This document shows, piece by piece, positions 56,441-64,000 of a stretch of 64,000 bases of DNA. Every line of letters begins with the position of its first letter. Within the stretch, counting starts at the first letter, position 1. A model generated the notes under the pieces. The model ran no database searches, had not been told where the DNA came from, and saw only the letters and a list, made by a program, of their open reading frames with translations. The stretch comes from Acidobacteriota bacterium. Lineage in GTDB: Bacteria; Acidobacteriota; Terriglobia; Terriglobales; Acidobacteriaceae. The stretch spans positions 3,051 through 67,050 of the forward strand of contig JBKICP010000167.1 of NCBI GenBank assembly GCA_046567085.1, read 5' to 3'. Made by a program: the position numbers and the translations under genes.

Positions 56441-56683
56441 ATGCACGACGTGATCGTCTATTCGCGCAAAGGCTGCCATCTCTGCGATGTCGTGAAAGAG
56501 ACGCTGACGCGAGTCCAGAGCGAGGCCGACTTCCGGTGGCGCGAGGTGGATATCGACACGGACCCGCAGTTGCAGCAGAAGTACAACGACGAGGTCCCCG
56601 TTGTCGTGATCGACGGACGCAAAGCGTTCAAGTATCGCGTCGACGCGCGTGAGTTTCTGCGTGCTCTGGCGGCACGAGAGTAG
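56441..56683 (+). CDS. Glutaredoxin-like small protein (DUF836-type)
   Basis: 80 aa. CxxC motif (KGCHLCD) in a thioredoxin-fold pattern: VIVYSRKGCHLC...VDIDTDP...VPVVVIDG. Confidence 0.8.
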   Translation: MHDVIVYSRKGCHLCDVVKETLTRVQSEADFRWREVDIDTDPQLQQKYNDEVPVVVIDGRKAFKYRVDAREFLRALAARE

Positions 56684-56704
56684 AACACTCGGGGCTTTGC
56701 CCCG

Positions 56705-57688
56705 TCAACGTTTCATCCCTGCCAGCTCCACCGCCTGCGCTTCTGTCCCCGGCTGCGATGCGAGCGCCGGAACCAGCCATCTCCGGTATGCCCGCAAATG
56801 TCCGCGCATCGCCTCGAAGTACAACCGCCTCACCTCGCGCGTGATTGCGCCAATGGCCCCGTCGTTGACAGGCCGGTTGTCCACACGAACCACCGGCGCA
56901 ATGCCCACCGCTGTCCCGGTAAGAAACAGCTCCTCGCACACATACAATTCGCTGCGGTCGATCGCCCGCTCCTGTACTGCCAGCCCCATCTCCCGCTCCG
57001 CCAGTTCCATGACTGAATCCCGCGTGATCCCTTCCAGCACGTTTTCCGTCACCGCCGGGGTTACGAGTTTGCCTTTGCGCACCATAAAGAGATTGCAGGT
57101 CGCGCCCTCGGCCACCTGGCCGTTTTCGTTCAGCAGCAGCGCCTCATCGAAACCGGCGCGTCGCGCATCGTCGCTCGCCAGGGCGCTGTTCACATACGCT
57201 CCGCAAATCTTGGCCCGGGCCGGAATCGAATTGTCTTCGATCCGCCGCCAGGAGCTCACCCCCGCATGCACGCCCTTATCGCTGGGCAGATATTCGCCGA
57301 ACGGCAGCGCAATCACCGCGAAGGCATCCTGATCGTCCGTGGCCACACCCACCCGCTCCGCACACTTGTAGGCGATGGGCCGGATGTAGATGTCGCTGCG
57401 AAACCCGTTCCGCCGCACCAGTTCTGTCGTGATCGCAGTGAGTTGCTCGGCCGACGGGGGAACCTCGATGCGCAGGATGCCGCAGTTCTGCTTCCAGCGC
57501 TGATAGTGCTCGCGCGGCCGCACCAGAAACAGCTGCTCCCCGGCATCGTCCCAGTATCCCCGGATCCCTTCGAAGACGCCGGTTCCGTAATGCAGCGCGT
57601 GTGTCAGGATCCCCACGCGCGCTTCGCGCAGCGGCACATACTCGCCGTTGAAATAGATAATCAGATTTGGATCCGCTTCAGCTTGCAT
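56705..57688 (-). CDS. ilvE: Branched-chain amino acid aminotransferase (class IV)
   Basis: HALHYGTGVFEGIRGY, YIRP, and EGATCNLF regions. Confidence 0.9.
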   Translation of the reverse strand: MQAEADPNLIIYFNGEYVPLREARVGILTHALHYGTGVFEGIRGYWDDAGEQLFLVRPREHYQRWKQNCGILRIEVPPSAEQLTAITTELVRRNGFRSDIYIRPIAYKCAERVGVATDDQDAFAVIALPFGEYLPSDKGVHAGVSSWRRIEDNSIPARAKICGAYVNSALASDDARRAGFDEALLLNENGQVAEGATCNLFMVRKGKLVTPAVTENVLEGITRDSVMELAEREMGLAVQERAIDRSELYVCEELFLTGTAVGIAPVVRVDNRPVNDGAIGAITREVRRLYFEAMRGHLRAYRRWLVPALASQPGTEAQAVELAGMKR

Positions 57689-59144
57689 GACACTCCTCGT
57701 GGAGCGACGCCCGCAGCAGCTCGCGCCCGCGCGCCAGCGCCCGCTCGTCCAGTTCCAGCCATTTCGCGCTCTTCACCAGGCGGCGCAGCGACTCGTCCAC
57801 ACTCTCCTGTGGAACCGCGTCCGTGCACTCCAGCAGCGCGCCCAGCATCACCATGTTCCCGGCGCGCGTGTCGCCCAGCTGGTTCGCAACCTCGGTAAAC
57901 GGCCGCGCCAGCACCCGCACGTCGCTCCGCTCGCAGCCCGCCGGCAGCGCTTCGCCGTTGTAGAGCACCCATCCGCCCGCCCGCACGCTCTCGTAGAACT
58001 TGTGCAGCGACGGCTCGTTCATCGCCACCAGCACATCCGGCCGCACCACCAGAGGTGAATCGATCGGCTCCGTCGACAACCGCACGTGACAGTTCGACGT
58101 CCCCGAACGCATCTCCGGCCCGTACGACGGCAGCCATGAAACCTCCAGCCCCGCATCGAGTCCCGCCTCCGCCAGCACTTCTCCCAGCAGCAGCACGCCC
58201 TGCCCGCCGAACCCGGCCACGCGCACTTCCAGATTGATCTCGGGCGGCATTACACCCGCCGCCGCATGCCACTCCGCCATCTCGTCATCGGCTAAGCCGA
58301 GAATCTTCGGAACCTCACTCGTTGCCGGAGCCGGTTCGGGCGCCTGCCGTGGCTGCGCTTCTTTCGTGCGATCGCGCATCGCGCCCAGCGGATAAGTCTT
58401 CTCCATCACATCGCGCACCCAGTGCTGTGCCTCCACCGGCGACATCTTCCAGATCGTCGGGCAGGGCGACAAAATCTCCACCAGCGAGAAGCCCAGCCCC
58501 TTCACCTGGTTCTCCAGCGCCTTGCGCACCGCGCGATACGCCTGCGCCACCTGTTTGTTATCGCCCAGGCCGACCCGCTCGATGTAAACCGGGGCCTCGA
58601 GCGTCGCCAGCAACTCGCTCACGTGCAGCGGGTAGCCCTCGTTCGCAGGATTCCGCCCGCCCGGAGTCGTCGTGCTGCGCTGCCCTACCAGCGTCGTCGG
58701 CGCCACCTGTCCGCCGGTCATGCTGTAGATGGCGTTGTTCACGAAGATCACGCTGATGCTCTCGCCGCGATTGGCCGCATGCAGAATCTCGGCAGCGCCG
58801 ATCGCCGACAGATCGCCGTCACCCTGGTAGCTGACCACGATGCTCCCCGGCCGGCTCCGCTTCACTGCGGTGGCCACGGCGGGCGCGCGTCCGTGCGCCG
58901 ACTGCACGTTGCCCACATCGAAGTAGTAGTAGGCGAACACCGAGCAGCCGACCGGACTGATCAGGATCGTACGGTTCTGGATCCCCAGCTCGTCGATCGC
59001 CTGCGCCACCATCTTGTGGATCGTTCCGTGCCCGCACCCCGGACAGTAATGCGTGTGCTGCTGCAGCTCGTCCTTGCGCTCGAAGTTCCTGTAGAACGCC
59101 TTCGGCCGCGCCTGCGCCACTTCGTACAGCGTCTCGTCAGACAT
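57678..59144 (-). CDS. 2-oxoacid:ferredoxin oxidoreductase beta subunit fused to gamma domain
   Basis: N-terminal TPP-binding beta region ([12 protein letters not shown]...NN). C-terminal gamma domain ([14 protein letters not shown]...SYGPEMRSG). Confidence 0.85.
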   Translation of the reverse strand: MSDETLYEVAQARPKAFYRNFERKDELQQHTHYCPGCGHGTIHKMVAQAIDELGIQNRTILISPVGCSVFAYYYFDVGNVQSAHGRAPAVATAVKRSRPGSIVVSYQGDGDLSAIGAAEILHAANRGESISVIFVNNAIYSMTGGQVAPTTLVGQRSTTTPGGRNPANEGYPLHVSELLATLEAPVYIERVGLGDNKQVAQAYRAVRKALENQVKGLGFSLVEILSPCPTIWKMSPVEAQHWVRDVMEKTYPLGAMRDRTKEAQPRQAPEPAPATSEVPKILGLADDEMAEWHAAAGVMPPEINLEVRVAGFGGQGVLLLGEVLAEAGLDAGLEVSWLPSYGPEMRSGTSNCHVRLSTEPIDSPLVVRPDVLVAMNEPSLHKFYESVRAGGWVLYNGEALPAGCERSDVRVLARPFTEVANQLGDTRAGNMVMLGALLECTDAVPQESVDESLRRLVKSAKWLELDERALARGRELLRASLHEECHAS

Positions 59145-60213
59145 GGACTACCTCGCTTTCCGCGCAGCGCCGCGCCTGCTCCTGCACCACCGCCAGCACT
59201 TCCTCGTGCGACGGAACATTCCCGCCCACGCGCCCGTAGAACTCCACCGGCCGCGCTCCATTCAGCGCCAGCCGCACATCCTCCACCATCTGGCCCACGC
59301 TCATCTCCACCACCACGAAAACCTTCGCGCGCTCGGCCACTTTCTGGAACGTCGCCGTCGGGAAGGGAAACAGCGTAATCGGCCGCAGCACGCCCACGCT
59401 CAGCCCCGCCGCGCGTGCCTCCGCCGCCACTGCTTTCAGGATGCGCGCCACAATCCCGTAGCCCACCAGCACCACATCCGCATCGTCCGTGTCGATCTCT
59501 TCGGCGCGCGCTTCCAGCCGCTGCGCCATGCAGTACTTCGCCTCCAGCTGCCGTATGTGCGCTTCGAGCTCGTCGTTGTCGAGGTAGATCGAGCTGATCA
59601 GATTCCCCCGCGTCTCCTCCGTTCCCGCTACCGCCCACTTCGGCAGGCTCGGCTCCGTCGCGGTTTGTGGAAACTCCACCGGCTCCATCATTTGCCCGAT
59701 GAACCCATCCGCCATCAGCACCACCGGATTGCGGTAGCGGTCCGCCAGCTCAAACGCCAGCGCCGTCAGGTCCGCCATCTCCTGCACCGAATGCGGCGCC
59801 AGCACCAGCGTCCGGTAGTTGCCGTGGCCCCCGCCCTTCACCACCTGGTGATAATCGCTCTGCTCCGACGTGATATTCCCCAGCCCCGGACCCGCCCGCG
59901 TGATATCGGCAACTACGCAGGGCAGCTCCGCGCCTGCCAGATAGCTGATCCCTTCCTGCATCAGGCTGATCCCCGGCCCGCTCGACGCCGTCATCACCCG
60001 CACCCCGGCCGCCGCCGCGCCGTACAACATATTGATAGCCGCGACTTCGCTCTCCGCCTGCAGAAACTTCCCGCCCACCCGCGGCAAATACTGGGCCGCC
60101 GCTTCGGTAATCTCGCTCGCCGGCGTGATCGGATACCCGTAGAACCCCCGGCACCCGGCCAGCACCGCAGCCTTTACGACGGCCTCGTTCCCCTTCATCA
60201 GTTGCCGGCTCAT
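59137..60213 (-). CDS. 2-oxoacid:ferredoxin oxidoreductase alpha subunit
   Basis: [35 protein letters not shown] is typical of the alpha subunit. ATGA overlap with the delta stop; 8-nt overlap with beta. Confidence 0.85.
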   Translation of the reverse strand: MSRQLMKGNEAVVKAAVLAGCRGFYGYPITPASEITEAAAQYLPRVGGKFLQAESEVAAINMLYGAAAAGVRVMTASSGPGISLMQEGISYLAGAELPCVVADITRAGPGLGNITSEQSDYHQVVKGGGHGNYRTLVLAPHSVQEMADLTALAFELADRYRNPVVLMADGFIGQMMEPVEFPQTATEPSLPKWAVAGTEETRGNLISSIYLDNDELEAHIRQLEAKYCMAQRLEARAEEIDTDDADVVLVGYGIVARILKAVAAEARAAGLSVGVLRPITLFPFPTATFQKVAERAKVFVVVEMSVGQMVEDVRLALNGARPVEFYGRVGGNVPSHEEVLAVVQEQARRCAESEVVHV

Positions 60214-60491
60214 TGCGCCACGCCTCCGATCGCCGATCCCTTCGCCGCTCCCGCTGTATGCCCCAGGCGCAGCACCGTCACCGCTCCCGGTTCCGGACAA
60301 ATCAGGAAGCACATCCCGCATCCCGTGCATCCTGCGCCCGCATACATCGCCGTGCGATAGCCATACGGATTCAGCTGCTCGCTCAGGTGAATCACCTTCG
60401 GCGGACACGCCTCGATGCACAGCCCGCACCCCTTGCACTCGTCCGTGTCGATCTCGAGCCGCCCTCGATCCTGCTTTCCGGTCTCCGCCAC
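60210..60491 (-). CDS. 2-oxoacid:ferredoxin oxidoreductase delta subunit (2x[4Fe-4S] ferredoxin)
   Basis: GTG start 5 nt after GAGGAGG. Two CxxCxxCxxxCP motifs ([24 protein letters not shown]). Confidence 0.75.
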   Translation of the reverse strand: MAETGKQDRGRLEIDTDECKGCGLCIEACPPKVIHLSEQLNPYGYRTAMYAGAGCTGCGMCFLICPEPGAVTVLRLGHTAGAAKGSAIGGVAQ

Positions 60492-60502
60492 CGCATCCTC
60501 CT

Positions 60503-61834
60503 CTAGGTGCGCTCCACCAGCTCGGCCGCCGCCTTGCGTTCCAGATAATGGGCGCGCACAGCAAAATCCTCCAGCTCCGCCTGGAAGTGCGGATCGGCAA
60601 TTGCAATCAGCGCCTCGGCCCGCTCCCGCAGCGTCTTGCCGTGCAGATACGCGATGCCGTGCTCGGTGACCACGTAGTGCACATCCGCGCGCGACGTCAC
60701 CACCCCCGCCCCCGGCTCCAGCACCGGCACAATGCGCGAAAGCGATCCGCCCCGCGCCGTCGACAGCAGCGCGATAATCGGCACCCCGCCCTTCGAGCGC
60801 GCCGCGCCGCGAATGAAATCCACCTGCCCGCCGAACCCGCTGTACGGCCGCGTGCCCAGCGAATCGGAGCACACCTGGCCGGTCAGATCCACCTGCAGCG
60901 CCGAGTTGATCGCCACCATGCGATCGTTCTGCGCCACCACGAACGGATCGTTCGTGTAGCTGATCGAACGAAATTCGAAACTCGGGTTCTCGTCGATGAA
61001 ATCGAACAGCCGCTTCGTCCCCAGCACGAACGCCGCCACCGCCTTGCCGCGATGCAGCGACTTCCGGTCCCCGTTGATGATCCCCGCCTCCATCAGCTCG
61101 ATCACGCTGTCGGAAAACATCTCCGTGTGAATCCCCAGATCCCGCTTCTCGTCGAGGCACGTCAGCACCGCCTCCGGAATCCCGCCGATCCCCGTCTGCA
61201 GCGTCGCCCCGTCGGGAATCAGCGACGCTACATTGCGCGCCACCCGCAGATGCACATCCGTGAAGGGCTCGCTCTGCAGTTCCAGCAGCGGCCGCGACGT
61301 CTCCACGATGGCCGCGATGTGGCTCACGTGGATGAACGTGTCGCCATGCGTCCGCGGCATCTGCTCATTCACCTCGGCGATCACCACGCTGGCGCAGCGC
61401 GACGCCGTCAGCGTGCAGTCCACCGTCGTGCCCAGGCTCACGAACCCATGCTCATCGGGCGGCGACACCTGCATCAGCACGACATCGAGCGGCAGCTGCC
61501 CGCTCAAAAACAGCCCCTCAATCTCGCTGAGGAAGATCGGCGTGTAGTCCGCCCGCCCCGCCGCTACCGCCTCACGCGTATTCGCGCCCAGGAACAGTCC
61601 CCGATGCCGAAACCGCCCTTCATACTCCGGCTTCGTGTAGTCGGCGCTGCCCAGCGTCATCATGTGGACCACTTCCACATCGCGCACTTCGTTCGCGCGC
61701 GCCACCAGCGCATTCACCAGCGTCGAGGGCGTCCCCACGCCCGACTGAATCCAGACACGCGCTCCCGAACGGACCGCTCCCAGAGCCTGGGCCGCCGTCA
61801 TCCGCCGGCTCCGATATTCCTCTTTCCAGGTCAT
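60503..61834 (-). CDS. Acetyl-CoA hydrolase/transferase family protein (4-hydroxybutyrate/succinyl-CoA:acetate CoA-transferase-like)
   Basis: [18 protein letters not shown] start. GIGGIPEAV and SGFGGQVDF motifs. Confidence 0.85.
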   Translation of the reverse strand: MTWKEEYRSRRMTAAQALGAVRSGARVWIQSGVGTPSTLVNALVARANEVRDVEVVHMMTLGSADYTKPEYEGRFRHRGLFLGANTREAVAAGRADYTPIFLSEIEGLFLSGQLPLDVVLMQVSPPDEHGFVSLGTTVDCTLTASRCASVVIAEVNEQMPRTHGDTFIHVSHIAAIVETSRPLLELQSEPFTDVHLRVARNVASLIPDGATLQTGIGGIPEAVLTCLDEKRDLGIHTEMFSDSVIELMEAGIINGDRKSLHRGKAVAAFVLGTKRLFDFIDENPSFEFRSISYTNDPFVVAQNDRMVAINSALQVDLTGQVCSDSLGTRPYSGFGGQVDFIRGAARSKGGVPIIALLSTARGGSLSRIVPVLEPGAGVVTSRADVHYVVTEHGIAYLHGKTLRERAEALIAIADPHFQAELEDFAVRAHYLERKAAAELVERT

Positions 61835-62190
61835 GAATCCCTCGTCTCCATCGGTGCGCTGCCGGCTCCGCACCATCGCTCAAGCGGCTAACCCACGCAG
61901 AATCAATCCACCGAGCCCGGTAAGCGAGCTGCGGGCGCGCTGCGAGGCTTCCGCCTCCAAAACCCTCGTACGCTACGCTCCCACCCGGGCAGGTAGCAGT
62001 GACGACCATCACTCCGATTGCGGGATTCCGTGCAGAACAGGACCTTCGCCGACACCGAAGGCCCGGCATGGGAATGGACCGGGTTACTAACGAGTTTCCT
62101 CCTCGACGCGGCGCCACTGAAATAAACGGCTGCACTGGCCGATATCCGAGAGACAGGGCCCCGTCCGATGTTTGAAAGGGATTTGTCCTC

Positions 62191-63486
62191 ATGTCCGATC
62201 TGTTTATCCCGCAGCCGCAAGAGCATGCGGGGCGCCTGACCTCGCGCACCGCCACTCCCGCTGTCGCTCCCACCCGGTTCCTTGGCCGCCAGCCCATCCT
62301 CAGCTCCGATCGCAGCCTCTTTGGTTATGAACTGCTCTACCGCGAAAGGGGCGGCGAGCATTTCTCCGGCGATCCCGACCGCGCGACCCGGGAAGTCGTC
62401 GACCACTGGCTCATGCTCATCCCCGACGCCCATCAGGGCGTCGCTTTTGTGAACTGTCCCGCCAGTGCCATCGTGAACGAGTTTGTGAGTGTTCTCGATC
62501 CGGAAGCCACCGTCCTCGAGATTCTCGAAGACGTCGAGCCGGAACCGGCGGTGCTCGACGCCTGTCTTTCTCTGAAAGCGAAAGGCTATCGTTTTGCACT
62601 CGACGGGTATCTCCCCCGTCCTTCACGCGCTCCGTTCCTGGCCCTCGCGGATTTCATCAAGATCGACTTCCAGACAGCGAATTTCTTCGACCGCCAGGCG
62701 ATTTACGCGCTGGCTAAAGGCACTTCGGCGCGGCTGGTCGCCGAGAAAATTGAGTCCGAAACGCAGATGCGCATCGCTCTGTCCGAAGGGTGTTCTCTGT
62801 TCCAGGGATACTTCTTTTCCGAGCCCACCCTGACGGCCTCGTCCACCGTTCCGCAGAACCACTTTGTCTACCTGCAGCTGTTAGCCGAACTGCACCAGGA
62901 ATCGCCGAACCTGCGCAAAATCGAAAAGCTCGTCGCCGGCGATGCTGCCCTCTGCTACCGTGTCCTGCGCATCGCCAACTCCGCGCTCCGTTATCGCCGC
63001 GGGGAGGTCAACACCGTCCACGAAGCTCTCATGATGATCGGCGAAAACGCCCTGCGCCACCTCATGACCGTCTCCATGACCGGCGCGGCCACCAGCGACC
63101 GCTGCTCAGCTCTCCTGCAGATGATCCTCACGCGGGCCCGCTTCCTGGAACTGATCGCTCCGAAACTCGGTCGGGACTCCGCCGAGATGTACTTCCTCGG
63201 AATGTTGTCGCTCCTGGATGTGCTCCTTCAGGTGCCCTTCGGGCGCATTCTTGAGTCCATTCCCATCGGCCAGGCGATGAAGCAGGCTCTGGCGGGGGAT
63301 AACAGCAGCAGCGGCCTGGCCCTTGCCCTGGTCCGAAGCCTCGAATCCTGCGACTGGAAGAAGTGCGACACGGTGCGCCTCGATCTGAGCCTTTCCGAAA
63401 GCGATATCGCCGCCGCCTACACCACCTCCCTGCACTGGGCCGCCAGCATGTCCGGCGAGGGCATCCCCCCTTCTTCCGGATCCTGA
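62191..63486 (+). CDS. EAL and HDOD domain-containing protein
   Basis: N-terminal degenerate EAL-type region (FLGRQPILSSDRSLFGYELLYR...IKIDF...VAEKIES...FQGYFF). C-terminal HDOD (LRIANSALRY...). Confidence 0.85.
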   Translation: MSDLFIPQPQEHAGRLTSRTATPAVAPTRFLGRQPILSSDRSLFGYELLYRERGGEHFSGDPDRATREVVDHWLMLIPDAHQGVAFVNCPASAIVNEFVSVLDPEATVLEILEDVEPEPAVLDACLSLKAKGYRFALDGYLPRPSRAPFLALADFIKIDFQTANFFDRQAIYALAKGTSARLVAEKIESETQMRIALSEGCSLFQGYFFSEPTLTASSTVPQNHFVYLQLLAELHQESPNLRKIEKLVAGDAALCYRVLRIANSALRYRRGEVNTVHEALMMIGENALRHLMTVSMTGAATSDRCSALLQMILTRARFLELIAPKLGRDSAEMYFLGMLSLLDVLLQVPFGRILESIPIGQAMKQALAGDNSSSGLALALVRSLESCDWKKCDTVRLDLSLSESDIAAAYTTSLHWAASMSGEGIPPSSGS

Positions 63487-63537
63487 CCGCCATCGGAACA
63501 AGCCCCCCAGCGCAGTCGTCAGCTTCGGCAAAATTCG

Positions 63538-63564
63538 AACCCGGGAAGGAAACAGCCCCGGGTT
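63538..63564 (+). terminator. Hairpin downstream of the EAL-HDOD gene
   Basis: Perfect 8-bp stem aacccggg/cccgggtt with an 11-nt loop. No U-tract. Confidence 0.35.
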
Positions 63565-63830
63565 GCCTCCTCACCGCCCCCCCTGCGCGCGGCGATCGCG
63601 CGTCACTGGCGGCCCCGGATCGCGGAATTCGTCACCGCCAAACCCTGCTGCTGGTACTCCGACCAGAAGATTGCCCGCTTTTCGCGAAGCGGTGCTGCGG
63701 AGCAGCACGGCGGTGAAAGCCCCGGCCTTCAGCCTGGAAAACTTGAAGCGGTCAGGCTGCAAGATCGGCAGGAGATGCGGCACAATGGCTCCGGGTGAAG
63801 TTGACGCACGGTTGAGTGCAGGAGTGACAG

Positions 63831-64000
63831 GTGAAGAGTACTAGACGAGTGTTTCTGAAACAGGCAGCGGCGCTCTCCGCATCCTCGGCATTGTCTCTCC
63901 GCGTCCCGGCGTCTGCAGAACGGGTGCAGGGAACTGCACAGGGTGTCGGCGCCGCTCAGCCTGGCTGGTTTCAAAAGCCGATGCGCTGGGCGCAACTGAG
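63831..64000 (+). CDS. Tat-signal secreted protein, 3' end cut by the window edge
   Basis: GTG after AGGAGTGA. VKSTRRVFLKQAAALSASSALSL is a twin-arginine signal. The frame stays open to the window end. Confidence 0.6.
   Translation, partial: MKSTRRVFLKQAAALSASSALSLRVPASAERVQGTAQGVGAAQPGWFQKPMRWAQL

Noticed and set aside
63487-63830. Cobalamin riboswitch
   Set aside because: GGTGAAAG- and CACTGG-like elements are present, but in the wrong order. There is no B12 box, and the downstream gene is not B12-related.
1-64000. CRISPR arrays, rRNA/tRNA genes, transposases/IS elements, prophage blocks
   Set aside because: None was recognised on either strand by eye. No regularly spaced direct repeats and no DDE or integrase catalytic domains were seen. 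A tool-based scan (tRNAscan, Infernal, ISfinder) would be needed for certainty.

Overview
GC-rich bacterial chromosomal segment. Its gene content suggests Acidobacteriota/Terriglobia: a TIGR03436-style VWFA protein, a beta-propeller/Y_Y_Y sensor kinase, Ig-like and NHL-repeat secreted proteins, and many Tat/Sec-signal proteins. This taxon call is an inference. About 58 protein genes are supported. By eye I recognised no rRNA, tRNA, CRISPR array, transposase or IS element. Most of the window is housekeeping: prfA-prmC; trpS-scpA...scpB-rluB; an aromatic amino-acid string trpCFBA-chorismate mutase-DAHP synthase-tyrA; miaA; typA; pncB; msrA; and an ilvE/2-oxoacid:ferredoxin oxidoreductase/CoA-transferase operon. 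Accessory or unusual items are listed here. (1) The most system-like element is a co-directional, partly translationally coupled six-gene block at 49.4-56.7 kb. It joins an astacin-NHL secreted protease and an NHL lipoprotein to an HprK-related kinase, a PF14907 nucleotidyltransferase, a PqqD/RRE protein with a C-terminal Tat-like hydrophobic tail, and a small glutaredoxin-like protein. No lasso cyclase, B2 protease, radical SAM enzyme or obvious precursor gene is present. (2) A higBA toxin-antitoxin islet with a palindromic operator lies between trpC and kbl. (3) A UdgX-type (RRIH loop) uracil-DNA crosslinking glycosylase is divergent from a DUF892 ferritin-like gene. (4) A PiT phosphate transporter is split by an in-frame TAG and inserted between scpA and scpB. 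(5) A truncated BrnT-like toxin remnant lies between prfA and prmC. (6) A VWFA protein is divergently paired with a SpoIVB/S55-type peptidase. (7) There is a recombinase-domain-only ORF. (8) The oxidoreductase has an unusual beta-gamma subunit fusion. Many long ORFs in the six-frame track are antisense or alternate-frame artefacts of the high GC content and are rejected.
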